Shown: in pieces, positions 12,601 to 25,722 of the stretch
Numbering within the stretch: position 1 is the stretch's first letter
Layout: the number at the start of each line of letters is the position of its first letter
Assembly (NCBI GenBank): GCA_047495785.1
Contig: JBLDXI010000029.1
Coordinates: 1,798,001-1,862,000 of the forward strand
Source of the DNA: Lepidodermella squamata
Lineage: Eukaryota > Animalia > Gastrotricha
Direction: 5' to 3'
DNA: 64,000 bases
The notes under the pieces: model-generated
What the model saw: only the letters and a program-made list of their open reading frames with translations
What the model was told of the DNA's origin: nothing
Database searches by the model: none
Program-made: the position numbers and the translations under genes

Positions 12601-15600
12601 TCTGTTGGATGTTTCTGGTAATAGATCAAGTTTTCAATTCCAAACGGGCCAGTTTGTTTTTCCATATTAGGCTTGGAAGAGCCGACCTTCTGAAGGGTCT
12701 GATGACCCCTCAGGGCGTTGGTATATCGCTCTGAATCGAAAGGAAAGTAAGCGAGTAAGCTTCCAACGCGCGGATGGTTAAATCGCCGCCTGGCTTTGAG
12801 ACGATTACATTCTTCTGTTACGCTTTTCGCGCAAATTCTACCGCTGAAACCTTTCTTGCAAGTGCACGATGATGACGATGGAGATGAATTTGATTCAGAG
12901 TTGCTTTCATCACATTCAACAGGAATGGGTTCAGTTCCATCGGCATTTGAACATATTCCACCGTGTTTGCATATGCAATGCAATATGCCGACTTGATTAG
13001 GCGTCAAAGTGGCATTGAACAGAAGAAGGCAGCTGAGAGCATCGCCTTCAGGTATTGAGGTGGCCAGGTCCCATGAATAATCTTGATCATAAGGTACAGG
13101 CGTTCCGTCTTGAAAGATTTCACTTTTCAGAATTTGGCCTCTTTCAGTGAGGAAATTCAGCGTGACTTCAACGCCAATCATGGCAGTTACACCAAAGAAA
13201 TTCCAATCTCCATCCTCGAGATCTTCCGGAGAAATGATCGAGAAAACTCTGCCGCGTTTAATCACGCTGAACCGAAACATATTCTCGATAACATCAATTT
13301 CAAAACTCAACCCAGATCCTTTGAGCTTCATTAGATTGCTTTCGTGGAGTAACTTGGCTGTAGAGCAATTGCGATACAAATAAAAAGCAATCGTCAATCT
13401 AGAAAAGATTAGATCTGAACCAGTCATTTCGAAATGGTAATTGGGCCTCTGCTCGAAAACAAGTCCCATTAGCCCGAAGGGATTCATCTTTACAGAAAGA
13501 GCAGGCTGTTTCCTTACTTGCATTGTACTTGGGCCAACTATAGGATTCCCTTCTCCCTCGGTATCAAAAGGGATGTACGCGACCATTTCGCCAATAGGGG
13601 GGCTAATCATTCTGCTGACTTTACGTCTCTTGCATACTGCATCTGTTCGTTTGGCGCAAATTCTGCCACTGAATGGTTTCTTACAGATGCAGAGACCTGT
13701 AATGGTCGAGGCAGTATTTTCAGGCTGGCAGTCCAATGGAATCGGCTCAGGCTCTCCATTTAACGGATCTGCAGCCAAACAGTTACCGCCGTGTTTACAA
13801 ATGCAATGGAGCAAGCCGACTTGGCGAGGCGACAACGCGGTTCTGTAAATTATCAAACAACTGAGAGCGTCATTAACTGGCAGTAGGATTCGGCTCAACG
13901 TCCATGAACTGTTTTCGGTCGGAATTTTCCAGGCTATTTGCGAAGTATTACGCGCTAGTACCTTGCCACTCTCTGAGATTAATTTAAATTCAACAGACTG
14001 ATCGGTCAGATTTGCCGTTGCTGCAAAGAAGTTCCAATCGCCATCAACAAGCGGTTTTGGCGTATCCACGGATAACTCAGAGCCAGATGAATTGTGAGCA
14101 AAGCTGAAGGCTAATCCTTTCATTGTTTTAACAATGCGAAAGCTGACCTCACTGCTTTGAAATCGAAGAAATTCCTCTTCCTTCGAGAGCTCAAATGATG
14201 GCTCGCATGTCCGGTACCAGTAAAATGCAATCGTGAAATTAATGGCTGCTGGCATCCCTCTGTCAGCGTGATGTTCAGGCAGAAAATCGATGAATTTATT
14301 CTGAAAATAGGCATGAATCAGCGAGGATGGGAAAAGGCTACGCCGTGTGAAGGCCAAAATGCTCAGCTCTTGCGAATTTGGCCCAGGGTGGAGTGTACTG
14401 CGACCTCTCACAATGTTAGTCGCTGAGAATGAATCGAAGTGAAGGAATGCTATCAGACTTTCGGGATCCGGGCCAAAAAACGGTTTAGATACCATGGTTT
14501 CACTGAGAGTTTTGCAGGCGAAGCGCATAGTACCGATCCGCTCGTTGGTCAGCGTTTCTTTATAAACTGTGAGACAGCTGAACGGATCGTGCCTAGGAAG
14601 CAATTTGTCGCTGATGTTGTAGCAGCCATTCTCGAGCTTTATTACGCGACTTTCGGAGATTTCTACGCCCAGCTCATTTCTCCCGACCAATGCTGTTCTG
14701 TCGGCAATGAAGGAATAAGAGACAAAACTCCATTCAGCGTTGAATTTTTCCATATCGTATTGGTAATACGCGATTGTGAATTCGCTATTATCATCAAAGC
14801 ATGAACCTCCCTCAACGGCACTGCCTCCCTTTGAGTCATAGTCTCCGAGTAGATAGAATTTCGAGTTCAATTTACTGAATGGACCTCGACTTCTCGGCTC
14901 GACACGATTAGCGGAAAAGTTTTCAAGGGGTGTGCCATCTTTCCAGTCATAGACTGATGGAGTCAAAAGGTAGAACTCAACCATTGGTGCAAATATCAAC
15001 AAGTTCGACCTTGGCAATTCAGGTGCCTTATACGTTGGGTATTTACATGGAGATTCATCGCGGCACAAACAAGGAACCTGGGAAATCTCATTAGCACTCA
15101 GATGCACGTCGAATAACATAACACAAGCAAGTTTGTCATCTATGAAAGGGATAAAAATTATTGTCTGCATAGTTGCAGGTAATAGAAGCTGTTTACCCGG
15201 ATGAATTCCTCCAAAGCGCACACCGGTAAATCTATCACGACTAAATGCCCTGAAAAATATGAGCTAGATAGAAAGCCGAGTTCGCGAAGGCCGAATGAGA
15301 TTAACTTACGTTTTATTGTGTAAGGGAGTGAACTGGACTCCCGAGGCAGAATATGTCCTGACCGGCTCGCCTTCAAAAACGGAAACATGTTCTGCGTAAA
15401 AAATCCATGTATTGAGTTTCGAGCCTGGAACATCAGCATTATTAGCGTAAAAAACCCGCGTTGCCACATTGGTAGTATACAACGGAAGGTCATGAAGTTT
15501 CTTATCTTCGGCCGTCATTTCATAGATGACGCTTTCCGACGTGTCATTCCGATGCTTACGCTTGCTCCGATACAAGAAATATGTGATTGTTAATGACTTG

Positions 15601-15884
15601 AATTCATCAAGGCGATCCATGACATAGTTTTTCATGAATTGACCCTTGCCATCACGACTCAACAATTCAGAACAGCCTCGGCCGAAAGGTCCGCTGTTAG
15701 TCTTACTCAGACTCACCTGCGGTTTAACTTTGTGAAATTCATAGAGATCAGTGAATCCGCCGTCTCCTAATATGTCAGCGTCGGGAGCATAATCTTTTCT
15801 GCCATCCAGAGGCCAATACGCAAGCGGAGCTCTCAGTGTCGCAATTTCCGAAACGAGTACAGTTAAAATGATGAAATATACCAT
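6683..15884 (-). CDS. Large type I membrane protein with ~10 LamG/ConA-like lectin-fold repeats interspersed with EGF-like modules; interrupted by an insertion at ~7618-9031
   Basis: ATG at 15884 with a signal peptide. Phase-compatible introns at ~15309-15250, ~10205-10159 and ~9638-9584 join the long ORFs. The recurring unit is F/W-P-L/F-D...GPFG...TISFYL...WNFFA...DALSCL.IY..AL....C.CK, followed by C.C..GY.GRICAK. The 6683-7621 ORF completes repeat 9 (WLFIGLTYNG) and ends with a TM helix (FAWFILTLATFCIFYV). Confidence 0.8.
7618..9031 (+). mobile_element. Non-autonomous Helitron-like insertion (~1.41 kb)
   Basis: It begins A|TCATATAATT and ends with a GC hairpin (CGAGGCGCGCG-GTA-CGCGCGCCCG) a few nt before CTAG|T. 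There are no TIRs or TSD, the interior is non-coding and AT-rich, and it splits one LamG repeat. Confidence 0.7.
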
Positions 15885-16228
15885 AGTTGATAAAATATGA
15901 TGAATAATAATGAGTCAAGTTCTGCTTTATTAATCTCTTTAAGGTGGATTTCTTCAATTTTTTTAGGAACTTCATTAACCAGCCGACTTGCACTCGCTCA
16001 AGTTATGTTTACTTGTCGGCCATTAATATGCATACATCGCTATACTTCTGCTCTTAAAAGGAATCGATACTGGTCTCAATTTTTCACAACTTCTTTTTCT
16101 CGGTGCAAGTATCGTTTTTGCAAAAAGGCATTGTCTTACTGCCTCCGTTAAATATAAATGAACCTGATCGTTCAGCCAACTTTCTTGGTTAGAATAGGCC
16201 CTATAATAATGAGCTTTAGTCGTGTGAA

Positions 16229-17448
16229 ATGGTTGAAATAAATATCAAATTTATCTTTTTCACGCTTCTCAGTGTGCTTTCTATAACGTATCTCGCCTTT
16301 TACCTCCCTATCATGACCAGTGAACGGCCTAAATTTTACCTTGAGTTCATTAAACCACGACGAAACCAAATTTCTTACACTAACCAAAATCACTCACGAT
16401 CTACAAAGCCTTCAACTACGGCAGCGACCGAGACGGGACCAACATCCCCTGCCCTAACTTCTATTTGCCCATTCGTTCCAAAAGGATTGGTGGGCGATAT
16501 GAAAGTCGACCTAGAAACTAATTTGACATTCGACGACATTGAAAAAGCGAATCCCAACATTCAAATGGGCGGAAAATACCGACCCTCTTACTGCCTATCG
16601 ATTCACCCAAGAATCGCCTTCATTATCCCCTACCGAAATCGCGAACCTCATTTACGAGCCTTCATCAACCATTTGCACCCAATTTTACAACGGCAGCAGC
16701 TGAATTACGTGGTCTATGTGGTGGAGCAGGCGAACAATGAAACTTTTAATAGGGCTGTACTATTGAATGCTGGCTTTCTTGAGGCGGTAGCTGATGAAGG
16801 TCAAGGATTGGATGAAGTGTTCCAGTGTTTCATTTTCCACGACGTTGATAAATTTTCTGAGGATGACCGGGGCATCTACGCGTGTCGGGACCAGCCGTTC
16901 CACTTCAATGACTACATGAAGCATATGAATTACAAGCCTTATACCTACGTCGAGGTCCAATTTGGTGGAGCAGTTGCTCTGCTGAGACGCCACGTTAGTT
17001 AACATTCATTCCTATACTGTGTACAACTTTTTTTATTCATTTGTTCATTGTTCTGCATTAGTTTTGTTCCAGTGAGCGATTTTGAAATTTCTCACTCTCT
17101 TCTTTTCAGTTTCAATTAGCGAACGGCTATTCTAACGTCTACTTTGGTTGGGGCGCAGAGGACGATGATTTGATGTATCGCCTGCAGCATTTAGGCTTCA
17201 AATTGATCAAGTCAGACATCGAACGGTACCACTTTCAGATGATCCTACATCCCAACGATAAGGGCAACGAAGTGAACAAATTGCGGATGAAGCTGCTGGG
17301 CGGGGCGACGAAGCGAATGCATCAGGATGGACTGAATTCGCTGAAATATCGAGTGGTTGAACGCGTCGAGCACAGGCTGTTTACGCATATTATGATAGAT
17401 TTCGATCGCAGACAAGTTCTTGCAGATTCTGGCGTTGACTTTTATTGA
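16229..17448 (+). CDS. GT7 family beta-1,4-galactosyl/N-acetylgalactosaminyltransferase, copy 1
   Basis: N-terminal TM anchor; motifs IIPYRNRE, FNRA.LLNAGF, FIFHDVD, FGG and GWGAEDDD; phase-0 intron 16994-17109. Confidence 0.92.
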
Positions 17449-17820
17449 CATAAGGCTAGGACAATAACCGAGTGATATTGAATGGGATACCGGTGTTTTT
17501 CTGTTATTTTTTCCTGAAGTAAATTACTGCCCACGACCCACGACTGTTCAATGCTTCATCCTAATATATGCTTATTATATATCTTTGACAAAGGAAAAAG
17601 CTGTATGTTGAACCAAAAGGGAAGCGGAAGAAAAAACTAGAATGTGAAACAATAAGCTTGCACTTGGCTGTACAGCTAAACTAGTCAAGTGTGATCAAAC
17701 GGGAAAGGAGCAACTTCGCTCTCTCGTCTAAGGTGTGATCAAGCCTTGGAAGTTTAATTAACATCACATAAAGATCTCGAGACATGCACCTTCCCCGAAA
17801 TACGTTTATTAAAGCTTGAA

Positions 17821-18925
17821 ATGAATAGCAGCATTATCAGGAATATCAAATTTTTGCTCTTCACATTCTTGGTTGCTATCAGCATAGCTTACTTCTCAAT
17901 TTCCTCGATATACTTTCCGATTTTGCTGGACACAAGGCCGAAATTCATTCAGCGAGAGCTCCTGGAGGAAAGAGGTTCCAACAACATCCCGATATGCCCG
18001 TTCAAACCTCCTGGGCTCGTTGGCCAGATGAAAGTTGTGATGGATACACCACTGACAATGAAACAAATCGAAGAAGCGAATCCAAACATCCGGATAGGTG
18101 GTAAGTATCGACCGTCCGGGTGCTTATCAATTCACCCGAGAATCGCCTTCATTGTACCATACCGGAATCGCGAATCGCATCTGCGTGCATTCTTGCACCA
18201 TTTACATCCGATTTTACAGCGTCAGCAATTGAACTATGCTGTCTACGTGGTTGAGCAAGCGAACAACGAGACTTTCAACCGTGCCATCTTGCTTAATGCC
18301 GGTTTCCTCGAGGCTATAGCCGATGAAGGCCAAGGATTGGATGAAGTGTTTCAGTGTTTCATTTTTCACGACGTGGACAAATTTTCTGAGGATGACCGGG
18401 GAATCTACGCCTGTCGCGACCAGCCATTCCACTTCAATGATTACATGAAGCATATGAATTATACACCTTATCGATATGTGAAAGTTCAATTCGGTGGGGC
18501 TGTGGCGGTTTTGAGACGCCAGGTAAGCTTATTGATTCAATACTCAACCTCTCCGAGCCTCTGCATTCAATTTTTTCATGCGATAGTTTCAATTGGCTAA
18601 TGGCTACTCAAACGCGTATTTCGGCTGGGGCGGAGAGGATGACGATTTCGGATGGAGGCTACAGCACGTAGGTCTTGATCTTATCATGTCAGAAAAAGAA
18701 CGCTACCGCTTTCAAATGATACTCCATCCTAATGACGAAGGCAATGAGCGGAATTGGTCTCGCCATGGTCTGTTAAGGAACGCAACCAAACGTATGTTTG
18801 ACGATGGACTCAACTCGCTGACGTACAAAGTCATCGGCAGGACGGAGCATAGACTTTACACTCATTTGTTAATCACATTCGATCGCGATGAAGTTTTTCG
18901 AGCATCAAAAATTGATCCGTATTGA
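17821..18925 (+). CDS. GT7 beta-1,4-Gal/GalNAc-transferase, copy 2
   Basis: Same motifs, with GWGGEDDD; phase-0 intron 18523-18586 at the same position as copy 1. Confidence 0.92.
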
Positions 18926-20481
18926 ATAAACCAGAGATTTTGTATATTTCATGCCTACTATATATAAATTGTATTATGCCCATAGCCGACGGAAATTTCG
19001 CTCTTGTTAATTAGAAAATAGCTGCAATTACCTCTCACCTTATAGGCACGAAACTCGTCAAATATTTGTCCGCTGCCGCGAAGAAAATACTCCAGTCCGG
19101 ATAAACAAGCAAACAAGCTTAATGATTTTCATTTCAGCGAGATTTTTTTCGGACCAATAAGACGCAATGAATCGATTATTTACCGCAAATGCAGAGTTGA
19201 CTGATAATTCTGATCGGGATTCGAAACCAGTTCATCCTAATTTATTTCCAGCTGGAAGCTATCGATGGTTCAGACGTTTATCGGTAAGGATCAGATGTGC
19301 TTTTTGAATTTAGCGCGCATATCGCGTGCATCTACACAACATGGCAGTATCAGTAAATTAGATGCTCGCATAACGGGTCATGTTTCATAAATTTGACACC
19401 CCCTGCGGAAGCTAATGCTTTAGCTTCCTTTCGCGCGACGATAATGTTTATTAAAGGTGAATCTCGGCTTTCTGCTCAACAGCTCGCCATTCATTATGGT
19501 GCCTCTCGATAATAGCATGCATAGCGAAAATACCTTGTATCTGCAGTTCTTTCAGATTGATTGTTCTTAATTTATTGTTGTCAAACCGAAATTTCCATAA
19601 ATTCTTATCAAAACTGCGAGTCACTTATTGCTCGCGGTGCAATGCCTTCAACGTATTCACCCGAATACAAGCAGGGAGTTTTCAAAATTTCAGCGTTTTT
19701 TACAAAAATTTTCTTATGCTTCTATTTTTCGTCATTAAATACCGAGAGAATGACGGTAATTGAGATCGATGCTTTTCCTATCAGAATATTCTGATAGCAC
19801 TGATTGATAGCAACGAAGTGCCTCGTAACAAAATATCAGCTATCTGTTTTCCATTTCAATTTCAGTCAACAAATTTATAAATAGTCATCGTCGTGCCTGA
19901 TATAACGACGAGAGCGAGTGTTCATTTCTATTTTTCCATGTATCTCAGGGAACTGTTACTATCAAATTATTTCATCAATGATTTCTTGGAGCTGCAAAAA
20001 CACGATAATAGACTGAACGAGTACACTCTCACTTTCCTTTAGGTATATAACGCTAATAGATTTTATTCAACTAATACCATGAAGGCTCAATTAGAAATAG
20101 ATTGAGCCTTCTACCTTAAGAATCATGATTAATCAGAGCCATATTTTAGCATTTAGAGTCAAACCCATCACACTCAGGGTTGTGATCGAAGGAAAATTTC
20201 CTCTCCTTCATACTTTTCGCCTACATTAAGCCCTTAGCTTTACAGAAAGCATTTGCTGCGAGTGAAATCATCAAGAATCAGACCCAAGACCGACGTGATA
20301 AGCGAATAGCATAGCTGTTATCGTGTCCCCATTGTTGATATTGCGTGGTTAACTATTTCTCATACCACGAATAGCGGCATTTCCTCGAAAAAGATAAAAA
20401 CGCAGCCAATTATATGTCCAAATTAATCAGTAATTACAACAGCAGGACAAAGATTTAACACTAAATGTGAGCACAACTCGG

Positions 20482-21899
20482 ATGAAATTATTTATCTGGA
20501 GAAACTACCGGTCAACTTTCTTCTCGCTGCTCATCCTACTAACTATCTACCTATGCGTGAACTTTCTATACATACCTTCCCGTCCTGTTATTGTTAAGCG
20601 TGTAAAATGCTTCCCTCCTGCGACGTCGAATGAATCATCAAAAAATGGAAAATCTCTCGCTGAACTGACAATCCCTATCTGCCCGTTCAATCCTCCCAAG
20701 TTAGTCGGGCCGCTGTATATGGACCTCGCCACAATTCCCTCCTTTGAAGAAATTGTTGAGAATAATCCCGATATTGAGATTGGCGGGAAATTCAAACCGA
20801 CACACTGTTTACCAGTCCTGCCGCGAACTGCTATTATCATTCCTTACCGGAACAGAGAGAGCCATTTAAAGGTCTTCCTCAACCATATGCATCCTATCCT
20901 ACAACGGCAACAGCTCAATTATGTGATTTTCGTTGTCGAGCAGGCTGGCAATGGTGTTTTTAACAAGGCTGTTCTCATGAACGCTGGCTACCTAGAGGTG
21001 CTCAAAGGTGAAGATCAAGCCGATTACGACAGCGTCTTTCAGTGCTTCATCTTTCACGACGTGGATCTTCTCCCGGAGGACGATCGGGGCATGTACGCTT
21101 GCAGGGACTATCCGTTTCATTTTACCGAGTACATGAAACACCTCAATTATCAACCATATGACTATATCGGTGTACTCTACGGGGGTGCGGTCTCCATTTC
21201 TAGGCGGCAGGTAATTTGTACTACGTAATATAGGGTCAATTCAAAAGCAAAAAACTGACGTCTTATTTGCTAGGTCGTATTAGTTTTGTAAGTCACTTTG
21301 TAAAATCCGCACATATTACCTATACCCTGGCTAGACCTAAATTTGACTTTGGGAAAAACCAGATGGTGTATCGTAAAATTAGGACCTACGATCGATGCCC
21401 ATGGATCCTATATAATAGATCAGCACTGGGTTATAAAACAGCAATTTAAGAAGACTATTTTGTCTTCTGAATCTTCACACGATACAATGAGCTCTAAATC
21501 TACTATTTCCGTTTTTCATTTCTCATTTGTATCAATTTTTTACAGTTTGCATTGGTGAACGGATACTCGAATGCTTATTTTGGCTGGGGAGCGGAGGATG
21601 AAGACATGGGAATTCGTATTTATAGCAAAGGAATGTACGTGATTAAATCGGAGAATGAAACCTATCGATACCAGATGATGGATCACGCGTGGGACGAGGG
21701 CAATCCGCGCAATGATATCAGACTCGAGCTGCTCAGTAACGCCACGCTGCGAATGCACGAAGACGGTCTTAATTCACTGCCATACCGTTTAGTTAGTAGA
21801 ACAGAACATGAACTTTTCACTCACCTGCTTATCGAGTTCAATCAAACTGAAGTGTTGAAAGCCTCAAAAATCGATGTTACCTACAGATGGTATATTTAG
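20482..21899 (+). CDS. GT7 beta-1,4-GalNAc/Gal-transferase, copy 3
   Basis: ATG at 20482; TM anchor; HDVDLLPEDDR and GWGAEDED motifs; intron 21211-21545. Confidence 0.92.
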
Positions 21900-21963
21900 A
21901 GGATAATGAATACATTTTGATAGTAAAAAGAGTAACTGGTAACTGGTGGCACATTTTTCTTTT

Positions 21964-22065
21964 TATGATACTTCAAAATTAGTAGAAGCTAAATAATGAG
22001 TGCGGCGTAAACGCAACCTGTTTTCGTGTATCAGCTTGCGGTCTCGGATTTTCCTATGCCGAAGC
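21964..22065 (+). pseudogene. Decayed remnant of an EB-module gene exon
   Basis: Translates as NECGVNATCFRVSACGLGF with frameshifts. It aligns by eye at the DNA level to 25932-26030 (ECGVNATCFRVPACGLGLCLC). Confidence 0.75.
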
Positions 22066-24154
22066 AGTAATTAGAGAATGAACTAGGCCTTTCATATCAT
22101 CGATATCATCAATTCCTAAAATGATAACTATTTTGTGATGTTTGAGGGCATTCGTCTCATGTTTTTTGCAGCTACAAGAAATCATTGATGAATTGGCTTG
22201 AAGTAGCAGCCGATTACGTTGTTATTAAGGGAAAATTAGACATGAACGTACGCTCTCGCCGCTAAATTAGGCACGACGATGATTATTAGTACATTTGTCG
22301 ATAGAAATAGAAATGGATACTTGGCTGTTTTTTTTTGTACGAGGCACTGCTTAAACAACTATCGATAAGATGTGCAACAGATGTTCGGTCTGGTCACTCA
22401 ATTGAGACCAAGACCATATATAATTTGTCGTAACCTTATCGCTGATTCGGTATGACCTACAGTTTAGGACTTAATTTTCGTTATTGGCGATTTTGCGTCT
22501 GTAATACAATTTTATAGGTATATAGGTTTCATTGTATCATAATATCTGCTGTATTAGCCAATGACAGCCAGTTAACGATTATGGGGTTAACATTAATATA
22601 ATCTGTCAACATCATTCAGATCCTTTTTGAAACCCCTTTTCCGCTATTCCTAAAATTATTCAATGACTAAAATTCAATTTAGGCTTAAGGTTGTCAAAGT
22701 AATGAGTTCAGTGAGCTGGCTGTCTCTGCCTATTTCATAAACATCTGCATAATTTACGTATGCATACCCCTAAAAATCGCATCATAGAGAGAGTATAACG
22801 ATTACTTTAATCTACCTGGTCGTTGGCGCCTAAGTGTTAAAATTCAAGTCAACAACTGCCAACTCATTTGACTGATTTGGGTGCGGTACTCTGCTTGACT
22901 CTGGCCTAACGTCATTTGTTTGCACTCTCGGTAGGTAGTGTCAATTTCATGCTCAGTTCGCTCTTGTTGACTCAATCCTTAATCCATTGCTTAATCCTGT
23001 ATGCTAGGTGCGGTTAATAAAATTATTAGATGCCAGCCAGCTTAGTAAGACGCGAAGCTAGAGAAATCACAGCGATAATTATAAAATTTTGCTTCTTCAA
23101 CTTTCAAAATAATAATGAATAGAAATAGCGCAAAATTAACAATAAAATAATGCGTAATAACTACTTAATTGGTCATTATCCCTCATCGTTCTTTCGTCTT
23201 TAGTCTTGAACGAAAGTCCTCCATGGGATTTTGGCCTTGCTTTTGGTTTTAGGTTCAAGCAGAAGCTATGGTCTGCGTAAAAATTAGTAGAGCGGAAGTC
23301 TCAATCGCAATCAGATTATAGCGTAACATATTTTTTGCAACTGCTCCATTAGTTCCATAAGTTCCTAATGCTCCATTAGATATTACCTGGATTCCTCCCT
23401 TATTCAAAATTGATTTTTATTCAACGCAGCCATATTTTAGCCTGACATTTCAGAGTCAAACCTAGCACATTAAATTCTCAACTGGTGTTAGTTTTGGAGG
23501 CTAGCAAAGCAATCTTCACATTTTGGCTTTGAGACTTTCGATATACATAGAATTAATAGCTTCAGGCATGAAAAAGATATTATAGTTTACAATCTATTGA
23601 CCCGCGGCACTCATTGACCCGCTTTTTCTGAATGAAAGAGCTGTCGCAACTATTAGTCGCTTTCTCAGGTTGCTTTTCAATTTATGGAGATTTTTTTCGA
23701 TTTTGGTATTAAAGCAGCTATTTGAAATCAGCCTTTATAATCGCTTGTATTTCTTATTTATTTGATCCGTCCTCTCTAACTGCAAGCGTGCTGATCTCGC
23801 GGAAGATTTTTTGCGGTTAAATACAATAAAATGGCCAGCCTATTGTCTCAGTACTACGAGATACTCGCTTGGAAGGACTAACGGATATAATTTTCTATCT
23901 GCCTTAATTCATAATGCGCCCTTAGCTTTACGGGAAGCATTTACTTAGGAATAAAATCATTGAGAACCAAACCAGCACGATGTCCAGGTGAGTGTGTGGG
24001 TAGCTATTTCTCATGCAGCGATTAGCGACTATGATTAGCGAGACTTTCGCAAAATTATTAACATAACAGCAGATAATATGTTTGAGTCCAAAATAATTAC
24101 TAATTTACAATATTGCAGGATCAAGATATTACAGTAAATGTGAGCACCACTCGG

Positions 24155-25439
24155 ATGAATTCGATTCTCTGGAGAAACTACCGGTCAATTTTCTTCCCGC
24201 TGCTCATCCTACTAACTATTTACCTATGCGTGAATTTGCTATACATACCTGCCACTCCTAAGCGTGTTATTGTTAAATGCTTCACTGCAACGGCGTCGAA
24301 TGAATCATCAAAAAGTCGAAAATCGGCGTTGAAATCAGAACTGACAACGCCTGTTTGCCCGTTCAATCCTCCAAAATTAGTCGGGCCGCTGTTTATGGAC
24401 CTCGCAACTGTTCCATCTTTTGAAGAAATTATCAAGAAGAACCCTGATATCGAAAGCGGCGGGAAATTCAAGCCAGCAGACTGTTTACCAGTCCGGCCAC
24501 GAACTGCTATTATCATTCCTTGTCGAAACCGCGAGAGCCATTTAAAGGTCTTCCTCAACCACATGCATCCTATTTTACAACGGCAACAGCTCAATTACGT
24601 GATTTTCGTTGTCGAGCAGGCTGGCAATGGAGTGTTTAACAAGGCTGTTCTCATGAACGCTGGCTATCTAGAGGTGCTCAAAAGTGAGGATCAATTCGAT
24701 TACGACAGCGTCTTTCAGTGCTTCATCTTTCACGACGTGGATTTGCTCCCGGAGGACGATCGGGGCATGTACGTTTGCCGGGACTACCCGTTTCACTTCA
24801 CAGAGTACATGAAACACCTCAATTATCAACCTTACGAGTATATTAAAGTACTCTACGGAGGTGCGGTCTCAATTTCTCGGCGGCAGGTAATATTTTGATT
24901 ATTTAGCACCATTAATATCATTTTAATCCAGTTTAATGTTAAAAAATAATATTTGCAATTTTAATGTTACAGTTTACTGTAGCTAGATATTTCTTTCTAC
25001 CTTCTATTTGTTTTAGTGAAATGTTTTAAATCAGTTCTAGTTTTAAGCTTCAATTTGGGATAATAACCCACATTTTCCAATATTTATTTAGTTTGCATTG
25101 GTGAACGGATACTCAAATGCGTATTTTGGCTGGGGAGCAGAGGATGAAGATATGGGCCGTCGAATTTACAGCAAAGGAATGCACATAATCAAATCGGAGA
25201 ATGAAACCTATCGCTACCAGATGATGAACCACGGTTGGGACGAAGGCAATCCCCGCAATGAAATCAGAGTCGAGTTGCTCAGGAACGCTACGCTGCGAAT
25301 GCACGAAGACGGTCTTAATTCACTGCCATACCGTTTGGTCAGTAGGACGGCACATCAGCTATACACTCACCTGCTCATTGAATTTAATCAAACTGATGTA
25401 TTAAAAGCCTCAAAAGTCGAGGTAAACTACAAATGGTAG
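24155..25439 (+). CDS. GT7 beta-1,4-GalNAc/Gal-transferase, copy 4
   Basis: ATG at 24155; close paralog of copy 3; intron 24887-25091; carries IIIPCRNR instead of IIIPYRNR. Confidence 0.9.
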
Positions 25440-25722
25440 ATTTAAAGAATAACGAATATATTTTGAAATAAATTGTAACTTTGGATAAATTGAAGTCGAC
25501 TTCTTCTGTACGGTGAATGAATCCCTTTGATCATTTTCAGCGATAATGCAAGTGTTTCCTGTTGATATTTACCCAAACACGCCTTGGTCTGAGTCACTTC
25601 CTGCACAGAAGCATGCATAACGCAAACCATCCGCTGAATAAGGACAAACAACCTTGTGTATCTCTCAGTGGTTTTATTTAACCACATATTGTCATACCTT
25701 TACTGATGCTTGTTCCGATGTG

